DNA of 64,000 bases from Candidatus Methanoculleus thermohydrogenotrophicum (lineage in GTDB: Archaea; Halobacteriota; Methanomicrobia; Methanomicrobiales; Methanoculleaceae). This document shows positions 29,012 through 38,438 of the stretch, in pieces; positions within the stretch are counted from its first letter, which is position 1, and every line of letters starts with the position of its first letter. The stretch lies in assembly GCA_001512375.1 (NCBI GenBank), contig LFRN01000139.1, forward strand, positions 4 to 64,003. The letters run 5' to 3'. The notes beneath the pieces are model-generated. The model searched no databases. It was not told the DNA's origin and worked only from the letters and a program-made list of their open reading frames with translations. Made by a program: the position numbers and the translations under genes.

Positions 29012-30225
29012 TCAGATTGCAGCCCTGCCGGAAGGGCTACTCAAAAGAGACCCAGAGGGCGGTCCCGCCAGAGGAGACGCTTCGCCGGGCACGCGCGCGG
29101 CTCCCCGCAGCAGGGATCACCAGGGTCGCTGATATCACGAGCCTCGACCGGGTCGGGATCCCGGTCTTCTCGAGCATCAGGCCGACCGCAGCGACCGGGG
29201 CGATATCGGTCTACAACGGCAAAGGCGCCACTCCCATCGAGGCTGAAGTCTCGGCGATGATGGAGGGGATCGAGCGCTACTCAGGGGAGATGAATGATCA
29301 GGAACCCCTCGTCGGGCGCTACAGCGAGGTCTCGGCCAGCATGACCGCGATCAACCCGGCTGACCTGGTTCTGCCCCCCCGGATCCTGGTTGATGTACCG
29401 GTCCCCTGGGTCGCGGGGTATGATATCATGCAGGAGGAGGAGGTGCTCGTCCCTGCCCACGCGGTCTACCACCCCCTCCCCGTGACCTACGGCCGCCTCT
29501 TCCGGACCAACACAAACGGGCTTGCCTCAGGCAACACCCTCGAAGAGGCGGTCTTCCACGCCCTGATGGAGGTGGTCGAGCGGGACGCCTGGTCGCTTGT
29601 TGAGGCGGCCCGGATGAACGCTCCCCGGATCGAGGGGATCAACGATCGCTTCGCCGCCGACCTCCTCGCGAAGTTCGAGGATGCCGGCATCGAGGTCACC
29701 CTCAGGGATATCACGAGTGATATCGGGGTCCCCACCGTGGCAGCGGTTGCCGACGACGTGGTGCTCAAGGATCCTGCGCTCCTCACGATCGGGATGGGGT
29801 CGCACACCAGCGCTCAGATTGCGGTCCTCCGGGCGCTCACTGAGGTCGCGCAGAGCAGGCTGACCCAGATCCATGGCGCCCGGGAGGATACCGATACCGC
29901 GGATGTCAGGCGAAAGATCGGCTACGAGCGGACGAAACGGATGAACCGGCACTGGTTTGCGGATGGCGGCGACACGGTCGAGCTTGCGGCCATACCGTCG
30001 TTTGACAGCGATGACTTTCTCACCGACATCAACTGCGTCCTCGACCGGCTCGCTGCAGCCGGGCTCTCCCGGGTGATCGTGGTCGACCTCACCAGGCCCG
30101 AGATCGGCATCCCGGTCGTCCGGGTGGTCGTGCCGGGGCTGGAGGTCTACGCGGTGGACCAGGATCGGTTCGGGAGGAGGTGCCGTGACGCGCGGAATCG
30201 TCGTCTTCCTCGGTCCCAGCTGTGA
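29008..30225 (+). CDS. ycaO: YcaO-family McrA-glycine thioamidation protein
   Basis: GITRVADITSLDRVGIPV, NGKG, AMMEGIERYS, NGLASGN, EVVERDA and EVAQSR; followed by tfuA. Confidence 0.93.
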   Translation: MIRLQPCRKGYSKETQRAVPPEETLRRARARLPAAGITRVADITSLDRVGIPVFSSIRPTAATGAISVYNGKGATPIEAEVSAMMEGIERYSGEMNDQEPLVGRYSEVSASMTAINPADLVLPPRILVDVPVPWVAGYDIMQEEEVLVPAHAVYHPLPVTYGRLFRTNTNGLASGNTLEEAVFHALMEVVERDAWSLVEAARMNAPRIEGINDRFAADLLAKFEDAGIEVTLRDITSDIGVPTVAAVADDVVLKDPALLTIGMGSHTSAQIAVLRALTEVAQSRLTQIHGAREDTDTADVRRKIGYERTKRMNRHWFADGGDTVELAAIPSFDSDDFLTDINCVLDRLAAAGLSRVIVVDLTRPEIGIPVVRVVVPGLEVYAVDQDRFGRRCRDARNRRLPRSQL

Positions 30226-30874
30226 CCGCAGAACCGCTCGCGAGATCCTCGAGGCCGACTACCGGCCACCGGCGAGGCGGGGCGATGTAGCCCGGGCCGT
30301 AGAGGCGGGGGCCCGAATTATCGGGCTCATCGACGGGGTCTTCTTCCAGGAGAGCGCCGTCGCCCACCGGGAGATCCTTGCCGCGCTCAGGGCCGGGGTG
30401 CGGGTCGTCGGTGCTTCCAGCATGGGAGCGCTCAGGGCCGCTGAACTCGACAGCCTCGGGATGGAGGGGGTCGGCGAGATCTACCGGGCCTACCGGGAGG
30501 GGAGGCTCGTCTCCGACGACGAGGTGGCGCTCGTCTTCGACCCTGAGACGTTTGTGCCGCTCTCAGATCCGCTGGTGAACATCAGGGCGACCCTGCAGCG
30601 GGCGCTGGAGTGCGGGGCGATCGACGCCGATGCGGCCCGGGGCCTCCTCGACGCTGCAAAGGGGCTCTACTTCCCGGAGCGGACCTACGATGCGGTCATC
30701 GCGGCGGCGACCGGGACGGTGGACCCTGAGGCCCTTGCCCGGTTCGCAGCGTTTGCCGGGGAGCACGCTGTCGACCAGAAACGGAAAGACGCAATCCTGG
30801 CGCTTGAGCGCATCAGGGATCTCGCTGATGGCGTTGAACCGGCCGGTTCAACGATCTCACCGGGGGCGCTGTAG
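30185..30874 (+). CDS. tfuA: TfuA-family thioamidation partner
   Basis: VFLGPS, PPARRGD, IDGVF, HREIL, GASSMGALRAAEL and DDEVA. Confidence 0.93.
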   Translation: MTRGIVVFLGPSCDRRTAREILEADYRPPARRGDVARAVEAGARIIGLIDGVFFQESAVAHREILAALRAGVRVVGASSMGALRAAELDSLGMEGVGEIYRAYREGRLVSDDEVALVFDPETFVPLSDPLVNIRATLQRALECGAIDADAARGLLDAAKGLYFPERTYDAVIAAATGTVDPEALARFAAFAGEHAVDQKRKDAILALERIRDLADGVEPAGSTISPGAL

Positions 30875-30949
30875 GAATATATCTCAGCCCGGGCTCAGGT
30901 GTCCTGTATGCTGGTGCGGATCCCTCCGCACCGCAGGAGACAGAACAGC

Positions 30950-31189
30950 ATGAAACGAAGAACTGTATTCGGGATCGGAGCGGTACTTCTCCTCCTCATG
31001 GTCATCGCGCTGCCGGCAAGTGCAGCAGGTCCGTGGGGTGCTCCGCAGGCAGATGGATACACCGGCGACTGCCACGGCTGCGGGCAGTTCCAGCACCAGA
31101 AGAACAAAAGTCAGCCGGATGAACCCGCCGGAGACCGGGACCGGATCCGTCTCCAGGACGGGTCCTGCGGGGCCTGCCCGAACCGGTGA
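30950..31189 (+). CDS. Small secreted protein with two CxxC motifs
   Basis: AGGAG RBS, signal peptide MKRRTVFGIGAVLLLLMVIALPASA, and CHGC and CGAC in the mature part. Confidence 0.65.
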   Translation: MKRRTVFGIGAVLLLLMVIALPASAAGPWGAPQADGYTGDCHGCGQFQHQKNKSQPDEPAGDRDRIRLQDGSCGACPNR

Positions 31190-31850
31190 TGCCGGCACCC
31201 TCCCCCGTTTTAGTGGCTATCCTGCCGCACACCTTTCTTGATGGAACGACCCTCCCGAGCGTTGCTCTGGCGGGCCCACCTGGCACAGCACCCCCATCCA
31301 CCGGGGATCGCCACGCCCGGCGACAAAACGCGGGTGGGCCACGTCATGCCGCTCCTTCTTCCTTCGTCGCGCGGAGCAGGAATGGGTCGATGGACCGGAC
31401 CAAGATGGATCCTCACCAGAATCTCCGTGTGACGCGTTCCCCCGACCAAAAAATATTGTGGAGGGTGGTATAGTAGGGACGTGCAGTAGTCCAGGTCTAG
31501 GGACTGATGCTGATAAGGCACAGGCAGTGTTCCACCACAAGCATTACCTGGCCGTATGATAGTATGAACCACAACCATAATAATTTTACCTATTATGATG
31601 TGTGTATTGAATTGTAATAATCGCGGCTACCCCGGCTGCGATCAGGGGGGCAGGACGGCAGGGTTTGCGATGGCACCGCCCGGTCCCTCCCGGTGGGGAG
31701 ACCTCATACGCGCGAACTTCTGGATCCCGGCGGTGCCAGCGGTTTTCATCCGTGCAGCCTTTCGTTCAGCCTCATGCGTTTCATCGTCGAGTAACCCGCA
31801 AGATACAAAACAATTAATGAGATCCTGACGAGATCTCTCCTGAGAGAGGT

Positions 31851-32654
31851 ATGAGGCGCATGATCCATATCGTACCAAAACCGACTGATACGCCGGATGA
31901 TGACTCGACCGGCGCCGTAATACGGGAACTGGAGAGAGCCGGTGCCCGGTGCAGGGTCCTCGACCTTGGTGCGGTCGACCCCCTCGACTCCGAGTTTGAG
32001 AACGAGCTCGTATGGGTCTGCGGGATCCGGCAGGATGGGCATCAGTTCGAGACCCTGAAGGTGCTCTCACTCCACAACCGGGTGATTAACACACCCGAAA
32101 GCATCGTCGCCTGCGCATCAAAGGTGGTGACAACCGCGCTCCTCAAGAAGTCCGGGGTGCGGACACCTGAGACCGCCTACGTCAGGGCAGAGGCACAGGC
32201 GCGGGACTTTCTTCTTCGGCACGGAGAGGTCGTCTACAAACCGCTCTACGGCTACGATGGGAACGGTATCAGGCTGGTGACAAAACCCGACGAACTCGGG
32301 CCCGGACCCTGGTACCTGCAAGAGTACATCCCCAATGATCGGGACTACCGTGTCTTCGTCCTCGGTGGGGAGGCTGTCGGCGCGATATGCCGTGTCTCTG
32401 ATAGTCTTACGCATAACATCCACCAGGGCGGGATCGGTACACCGGTCACGATCGATGAGGAGATGCGTACCATTGCCGAGGCTGCGGCGGCAGCGATAGG
32501 GATCGACTACTGCGGCGTCGATCTCCTCCTGGACAGGGAAGGCTACACAGTCCTTGAGGTGAACGGAACGCCGAACTGGCACTGCATGGCGGCGCCCATC
32601 CCGAGGCTGCTGGCCGAGTATCTTATTCGGGAGGAACGCAGGATGCGTGCCTGA
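31851..32654 (+). CDS. RimK-family ATP-grasp ligase (MptN/CofF-like)
   Basis: YKPLYGYDGNG, LQEYI, DYRVFV, HNIHQGG, GVDL and LEVNGTP. Confidence 0.9.
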   Translation: MRRMIHIVPKPTDTPDDDSTGAVIRELERAGARCRVLDLGAVDPLDSEFENELVWVCGIRQDGHQFETLKVLSLHNRVINTPESIVACASKVVTTALLKKSGVRTPETAYVRAEAQARDFLLRHGEVVYKPLYGYDGNGIRLVTKPDELGPGPWYLQEYIPNDRDYRVFVLGGEAVGAICRVSDSLTHNIHQGGIGTPVTIDEEMRTIAEAAAAAIGIDYCGVDLLLDREGYTVLEVNGTPNWHCMAAPIPRLLAEYLIREERRMRA

Positions 32655-32755
32655 GAGTATATCGATTCCGAATGACCGGACTCTATCGAGACCTGTTCCG
32701 GTTCTGGCGTTCACCCCGGGGCGCATTGGACCGAACCGGGCGTCATGGCGTCTTC

Positions 32756-32792
32756 CCCATACGCGCTAACTTCAGGCGCGGAGATTCGCGGG
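32756..32792 (+). repeat. Dispersed intergenic repeat, copy 1 (others at 42336-42398 + and 51157-51222 -)
   Basis: Shared core CCCATACGCGCTAACTTCAGG...TTCGCGGG. Confidence 0.75.
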
Positions 32793-33479
32793 TCTTGCCC
32801 GGTCCGCACTCCCGGGCGTGATCTCTGCCACGGTCCAGTGCTACTACGTCGATGGGAACGAAGACCTACCAGCGTCCGGAACCCAAACCCCACGGTGGGC
32901 GGGGACGATCACCAGAACCTGGATTGAACCTCGCCGGTATCAACAGGAATGCGATCGTATCCAACGGTTAAATTAGCGTGCAGGAATAAAATTGGTCCAC
33001 CGGGGGCAGGAAGAAGTGAACCCGAGCAGAGAAGAGATCCTCGATCTGATAGACCGGGATCCGGTGACTTCACGAAAGATCGATGCCGTGATGAGGGATG
33101 CCCACAGCGGCAGACTCTGCTACCAGCCTATTGCGGCAGGCGAGGTCGAACTCGCCAGGTAAGCAAAGGGGAGAAGAGGTCGGCAGGTCATCCGGATGAG
33201 GTTGAGCTGCTTCCAGACCCGACGGTAACCGGTCCTGTCCTGAGAACCTACCGCATCGTTCCGATCGGTGAGATTTCACCTCTCGCGTGACCTCGTGCGT
33301 GAGAGGATGCATACGGTCTCTTGCCCAGGCTCTCGCAAACTCAGCGGTGCGGTTTATCCCTGCGGGTTGAAAGGGCAGCGGGAAGACCCCCGCGCAACGC
33401 GGGGATGGGTTCGGTGCCCCCCTTCTTCCGGGCTACTTTCACTGAACAACCCGGGGTTTATCTTGCGGGGTGTGCGGCG

Positions 33480-35204
33480 GCATGAGCGGGAAGTCCCCGG
33501 CCAACAGGTGCGGGGATGAAAGCGGAGCCCCTTCGGCATTGTGATAACTCTATCTACTTGGGTGCCCAATTATAATTCACCTAACATGAAGTATAAATTT
33601 GATAGGTCAGCACATTCAGTGTTTGCTCTCTATTATCACTTGGTCTCTCTATTATCACGTGGTGATTGTGGTGAAGTATCGCCGGAAAGCATTATATTCT
33701 GACGATATTCGGGAGCGCCTGAAAGACATCGTATGGAACCTATCAACCGAGTTTGGGCATAGAGGTCGTCGCTCACGAACCCGCAGAAGACCACTACCAT
33801 CTTCTCTTCAAAGCAACTCCGAAAATCAACCTTGTCAACGCAGTCAACGTGATCGAAGGCGTATCGTCCAGGAGACTACGGCAGGAGTTCCCTGCAACAA
33901 AAAATTTGCTGTGGGGGGATTCATTTTGGTCTCCCTCATATTTTCTCGCAACATCGGGGCAAGTAAGCCTCAATGCTCTGAAAGAGTACGTTGATTCGCA
34001 ACCGGAGAAGTAAATGATCATTTCCTACAACTATCGAGCATACCCCGATGCAACAAGAGAAGCACGTCTGCATGAAGCACTCGATACCTGTAGGTGGCTC
34101 TACAACAAACTCCTTGAAGAATGCAACACTGCGCGCGAGAACGGATCCCCCCTGACAATGCAGGAGACACAAGCACGGATTGTCACGCTGAAAGAGGAGA
34201 ACCCGTTCCTGAAGGGCGTGTACTCCAAAGTACTTCAGATGGTGAACTACACCCTCTGGAGTAACATTCGTGCTCTGTCGCCGACAAAGAAGAAAGGGCG
34301 GAAGATCGGCAAACTCCGGTTCAAGAGCGCAGCCCGGTACCGGACGCTCAACTACAACCAGTCCGGGTTCAAGATCGACCGGGAACACAGCACGGTCACG
34401 TTCTCGAAGATCGGAACAATCCCGTTCACCATGCATCGACCGTACGTGGGAGTCGTGAAAGGTGTCCTGATCACCCGTTCCGGTGACAAATGGTATGTCA
34501 TCATCCAGGCAGAACAGGACGTTTCCGAACCGAAGAGGGAGGGACGATCCGTAGGCATTGACGTCGGGTTGGATTCGTTTGCGGTCGATAGCAACGGTGC
34601 AGTAATCGAGAACCCCCGGTTCTCTGAGCACTCACGTGACCGGATCAAGAAGTTGCAACAGAGTGTTGCCCGGAAACAACGGTTCTCGAAAAATTGGAAG
34701 AAGGCAAAAGGGAAACTGGAGAAGGCATATGATCATATCACAAACCAGAAGAAAGATTTCCTGCACAAACTTTCCCGTCGGTACGTTGATACCTATGCAA
34801 CGATCTGTGTCGAAGACCTGAATATCAAGTATCTGAAAGAGAACGGTAAATCTCGCGGGCTCCGAAGAAGTATCCACAGTGCGTCGTGGGGGCGATTCTA
34901 TTCTTACCTCGCGTACAAGGCTGCAAGTGCTGGTACGAACTTCATTCAAATCGATCCCCGGAATACGACGCAGATGTGCTCACACTGTGGGAGTATCGTG
35001 AAGAAGGATCTCTCTGTGAGAGTTCACGATTGCCCATACTGTGGGTTCGTTGCCGATCGAGATTACAATGCTGCGGTGAATATTCACCGCGTGGGGATGG
35101 AACAGCCCTGTGAGCCTGTGGAGATGAGACCGCTACATCACATCTCTGTGATGCAAGTGTTGTCCATGAAGCAGGAAGCCCCGCCCCCTTCAGCGCGGGG
35201 TAGT
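33480..35204 (+). mobile_element. IS200/IS605 element (left-end hairpin, tnpA pseudogene, tnpB, altered right end)
   Basis: Left-end hairpin TCCCCG...CGGGGATGAAAGCG near 33494-33523; tnpA/tnpB junction TAAATG; right-end hairpin at 35178-35200. Confidence 0.9.
33586..34013 (+). pseudogene. tnpA: IS200-type Y1 transposase TnpA, frameshifted
   Basis: MKYKFDRSAHSVFALYYHLV, a 19-nt duplication at 33626-33663, KYRRK, a second shift near 33753, then DHYHLL (HUH), FWSPSYF and EYV. Confidence 0.9.
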
Positions 35205-37982
35205 ATTGGTGGGTGTATGTTTCGCGTTCTCGTGGTCGACCATGATCCGGCTTTCCTCGAGCTGACCCTGGCATGGCTCGCACGATCAGAGGATATGCAG
35301 GTTGCAACGACGACTTCGCCGGTGCAGGCGCTTGATATGCTCGCCCGGACCCGCTACGACGCCGTCGTTGCTGGCTATGAGATGCCTGAGATGGACGGTA
35401 TCACGCTTCTAAAGGAGATCCGCCATCAGGGCATGAAACTGCCGTTCATCATCATCTCAGGCCGCGGCCGCGAGGAGGTCGTCATCGAGGCGCTCAATGG
35501 CGGGGCCGACTTCTACCTCCGAAAAGGGGGCGACCCCTCTGCTCAGTTTGCCGAGCTCCGGAACATGATCCTCCAGGCGGTTGCGCGGAGTCGGGCCGAA
35601 GCGGTCTACCAGAGCGTCTTTGAGCATACCGGGACCGCCACGATCATCATCGAGGGCGATATGACGGTCTCCCTTGCAAACACCGAGTTTCTGCGTCTCA
35701 CCGGCTACCGCCGGGAGGAGGTGGAGGGGAAGCTGCCCTGGACCGCTTTTGTCGCTGCTGAGGACGTTGAACGCCTCACCACCCACCACCGCAACCGGCG
35801 ACTGGTTCCTGGCCTGGCACCGCGCACCTACGGGTTCCGGCTGGTTGACCGGGAAGGCACGCCCAGGGAGATGTATATGACGGTCGGTCTCATCCCCCGA
35901 ACGGACCGATCGGTCGCGTCGATGATCAATATCTCTGACCGGCGGCGGTTTGAGGAGGAGTTGCGCGCGGCGCACGAAGAGATGGCTGCGGCGTTTGAGC
36001 AGGCAAAGGCAAGCGAAGAGTCGCTTGCGGCGCAGTATCGCGAGCTGGAGGATTACCAGGCAACCCTCCGGGGCATCATCGATTTCCTCCCCGACCCGAC
36101 GTTTGTTCTTGACCGGGAGGGGAGGGTGGTCGTCTGGAACCGCGCGATCGAGGCGGTGACCGGGATCCAGAAGGAGCGTATCATCGGGTCGAGGGCCGGA
36201 GCAATCTCTGAACTGACGGCCGGGCTTTTCTCCCCGCTGCTTGCGGAGACGGTCCTCGCGCAGGAGGGTGGGGAGAGTGTTTCCCGCGAGGTCTGTATCT
36301 CCCCGGCCAATGGTGGGGAGGAGACGTACCTCTGGGGGAAGGCGTCACCGCTCTACGATGCTCAGGGCAGGGTCTCGGGCGCCATCGAGTCGCTCCGCGA
36401 TGTTACCGGGCTGAAGAGGATGGAGGCACAGATCCGGCGCCGGGTAGATCTTGAGCGGATGGTGAGCTCGATATCCACGCGGTTCGTCGCCCTGGACCTG
36501 ACCGACCTGGACGATGCCCTGGATGAGACGATACGGACGCTCGGGTTGTTCCTGGATGTTGACCGGAGTTATATCTTCAGGTTCAGCAGTGACCACACCC
36601 TCGCCGATAACACCCACGAATGGTGCGCTGAGGGGGTTGATCCGCAGATCGCGGTCATGCAGGCGATCCAGACTGATTCGCTCCCCTGGGGGCTTGCGCA
36701 GATCCAGGTTGGCAGGACGATCTGCCTCCCGGCCCTGGACGACCTGCCGGCAGAGGCCGCGGCTGAGCGTGAGTTCCTCGAGCAGTACGGGGTTGTATCG
36801 GTGATCCTGGTGCCGGTCGTGACCGCCGGTGAGGTGGTGGGGCTCATGGGGTTTGAGACCATTGTGCGGGAACGGTCCTGGTCAGAGGATGACATCGCCC
36901 TGCTCACGGTCGTCGGTAACCTGGTCGGCGACCTTCTTGGCCGGGTCCGTGGGCTCAAGCGGCTCCGGGAGAGCGAGGAACGGTTTCGCACCCTCGTGGA
37001 GCGGTCGCATGACTGTTATATCCGCAGAAATACGGTCACATCGGTGATCGAGTACATCAGCCCCTCCTGGGAGCGCCTGATCGGGTATCCGCGCGAGGAG
37101 TGCATGGACGACCCCGGACTCATCGAACGGTTGATCCACCCCGACGACCGGGAGGTCTTCTGCGCCATGCTCCAGGAGCCTGAAGCCGACCGGCTCTACA
37201 CCTTCCGGGCGCTGCGGAGAGACCGACGTTATGCCTGGCTTGAGGTCTGCACGATTCCGGTCTACGGGGATGACGGGGAGGTGGTCGCGGTCGAGTACGC
37301 CGTCCACGATATCAATGCCTGGAAACAGGCCGAGTTGGCGCTCATCGAGGCCAACAGGAAACTCGGCCTGATGAACAGCATCGTGCGGCACGATATCTTG
37401 AACCAGGTGACCGTGGTGCTCGGGTATATCGCCCTCCTCCGGGACCTGCCACTCGACCCCGAGGTCGACAGGGCCCTCGAGAAGCAGCAGGCAGCTGCTG
37501 AGATCATACAGTCCCTGATCGAGTTCACCCGCGACTACCAGGACCTCGGTGTCCGGGCGCCCCGGTGGCTCCAGATCGAGCCTCTGGTCAGGTCGGCGGC
37601 ACGGGCACTCAGGCCGCGCGGGATCAGGATCGTCACCGACCTCAAGGGGGTCTCGGTCTACGCCGATCCGCTCCTCTCGTCCGTCTTCTACAACCTCCTG
37701 GAGAACGCGATGCGCCACGGGAAGACCGTGACCGAGATCCAGGTCACGGCGGTGCCGGAGGGCAGCGGGGCCCTGATCATCTGGGAGGATAACGGCGTGG
37801 GCGTCCCATCCGAGATTAAGGACCGGATATTTGAGCGGGGGTTTGGGAGCCACACCGGGCTCGGGCTCTTCCTGGTCAGGGAGATCCTCTCGATCACCGG
37901 GATCACCATCCGCGAGACCGGGACGCCGGGCGAAGGGGCGAGGTTTGAGATCCTGGTGCCTGAGGACTGCGTCCGGTTTTGA
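34014..37982 (+). CDS. tnpB: Continuous ORF: TnpB (aa 1 to ~397) read through into a REC-PAS-PAS-GAF-PAS-HisKA-HATPase kinase
   Basis: TnpB YNYRAYP, GIDVG, VEDL, CSHCG/CPYCG and DRDYNAA. The kinase part begins at ATG 35217 (MFRVLVVDHD...MPEMDG) and includes RHDILNQ, NLLENA, DNGVG and GLGL. Confidence 0.85.
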   Translation: MIISYNYRAYPDATREARLHEALDTCRWLYNKLLEECNTARENGSPLTMQETQARIVTLKEENPFLKGVYSKVLQMVNYTLWSNIRALSPTKKKGRKIGKLRFKSAARYRTLNYNQSGFKIDREHSTVTFSKIGTIPFTMHRPYVGVVKGVLITRSGDKWYVIIQAEQDVSEPKREGRSVGIDVGLDSFAVDSNGAVIENPRFSEHSRDRIKKLQQSVARKQRFSKNWKKAKGKLEKAYDHITNQKKDFLHKLSRRYVDTYATICVEDLNIKYLKENGKSRGLRRSIHSASWGRFYSYLAYKAASAGTNFIQIDPRNTTQMCSHCGSIVKKDLSVRVHDCPYCGFVADRDYNAAVNIHRVGMEQPCEPVEMRPLHHISVMQVLSMKQEAPPPSARGSIGGCMFRVLVVDHDPAFLELTLAWLARSEDMQVATTTSPVQALDMLARTRYDAVVAGYEMPEMDGITLLKEIRHQGMKLPFIIISGRGREEVVIEALNGGADFYLRKGGDPSAQFAELRNMILQAVARSRAEAVYQSVFEHTGTATIIIEGDMTVSLANTEFLRLTGYRREEVEGKLPWTAFVAAEDVERLTTHHRNRRLVPGLAPRTYGFRLVDREGTPREMYMTVGLIPRTDRSVASMINISDRRRFEEELRAAHEEMAAAFEQAKASEESLAAQYRELEDYQATLRGIIDFLPDPTFVLDREGRVVVWNRAIEAVTGIQKERIIGSRAGAISELTAGLFSPLLAETVLAQEGGESVSREVCISPANGGEETYLWGKASPLYDAQGRVSGAIESLRDVTGLKRMEAQIRRRVDLERMVSSISTRFVALDLTDLDDALDETIRTLGLFLDVDRSYIFRFSSDHTLADNTHEWCAEGVDPQIAVMQAIQTDSLPWGLAQIQVGRTICLPALDDLPAEAAAEREFLEQYGVVSVILVPVVTAGEVVGLMGFETIVRERSWSEDDIALLTVVGNLVGDLLGRVRGLKRLRESEERFRTLVERSHDCYIRRNTVTSVIEYISPSWERLIGYPREECMDDPGLIERLIHPDDREVFCAMLQEPEADRLYTFRALRRDRRYAWLEVCTIPVYGDDGEVVAVEYAVHDINAWKQAELALIEANRKLGLMNSIVRHDILNQVTVVLGYIALLRDLPLDPEVDRALEKQQAAAEIIQSLIEFTRDYQDLGVRAPRWLQIEPLVRSAARALRPRGIRIVTDLKGVSVYADPLLSSVFYNLLENAMRHGKTVTEIQVTAVPEGSGALIIWEDNGVGVPSEIKDRIFERGFGSHTGLGLFLVREILSITGITIRETGTPGEGARFEILVPEDCVRF
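35217..37982 (+). CDS. Hybrid sensor histidine kinase (native start within the fused ORF)
   Basis: Own ATG preceded by GGTGGGTG; receiver, PAS, GAF, HisKA and HATPase motifs. Confidence 0.9.
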   Translation: MFRVLVVDHDPAFLELTLAWLARSEDMQVATTTSPVQALDMLARTRYDAVVAGYEMPEMDGITLLKEIRHQGMKLPFIIISGRGREEVVIEALNGGADFYLRKGGDPSAQFAELRNMILQAVARSRAEAVYQSVFEHTGTATIIIEGDMTVSLANTEFLRLTGYRREEVEGKLPWTAFVAAEDVERLTTHHRNRRLVPGLAPRTYGFRLVDREGTPREMYMTVGLIPRTDRSVASMINISDRRRFEEELRAAHEEMAAAFEQAKASEESLAAQYRELEDYQATLRGIIDFLPDPTFVLDREGRVVVWNRAIEAVTGIQKERIIGSRAGAISELTAGLFSPLLAETVLAQEGGESVSREVCISPANGGEETYLWGKASPLYDAQGRVSGAIESLRDVTGLKRMEAQIRRRVDLERMVSSISTRFVALDLTDLDDALDETIRTLGLFLDVDRSYIFRFSSDHTLADNTHEWCAEGVDPQIAVMQAIQTDSLPWGLAQIQVGRTICLPALDDLPAEAAAEREFLEQYGVVSVILVPVVTAGEVVGLMGFETIVRERSWSEDDIALLTVVGNLVGDLLGRVRGLKRLRESEERFRTLVERSHDCYIRRNTVTSVIEYISPSWERLIGYPREECMDDPGLIERLIHPDDREVFCAMLQEPEADRLYTFRALRRDRRYAWLEVCTIPVYGDDGEVVAVEYAVHDINAWKQAELALIEANRKLGLMNSIVRHDILNQVTVVLGYIALLRDLPLDPEVDRALEKQQAAAEIIQSLIEFTRDYQDLGVRAPRWLQIEPLVRSAARALRPRGIRIVTDLKGVSVYADPLLSSVFYNLLENAMRHGKTVTEIQVTAVPEGSGALIIWEDNGVGVPSEIKDRIFERGFGSHTGLGLFLVREILSITGITIRETGTPGEGARFEILVPEDCVRF

Positions 37983-38438
37983 GTGAATGATGGTTCAATT
38001 GTATCGCTGCACGGAGGCCTAACCGGGGAGGAATCACGTCTTCCAGCGTAACTCTCCACCGGCGCTCACGAAAGCGTCTTTCCTCCTCGGGCGCTGAATC
38101 GGCTTTCGCACGAGACTGCTGCTCACAAGTCCCCGGGCAGGGTCCCCCCGGCCTCCCGACGTGATTGGTCAGTGCGGTCCAGTGCCCCGGGACGAGCACC
38201 TGAACCGGAACAGGGAGTTCAGAGAGTCCAATAATTCGGGATCGATTGCACCCTGTTGCAACCCGCAGACGACGGACGTTACACATACGTGGGTCGGGGT
38301 TAGCCGGTGAGTCTGTCATGTGGCAGGTGACCGGTGCGAGATGGGATGTTTGCGAGGGACACAGAAGACCCTATCGGTATCTCGACAACCGATGCTGCAC
38401 GTCACCAGCCTAAAAAACAGATATTCAGGTTTCCGGCC

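Noticed and set aside
32940-33470. Short ORF fragments before the IS605 left end
   Set aside because: Possibly a decayed gene, but no family could be recognised.
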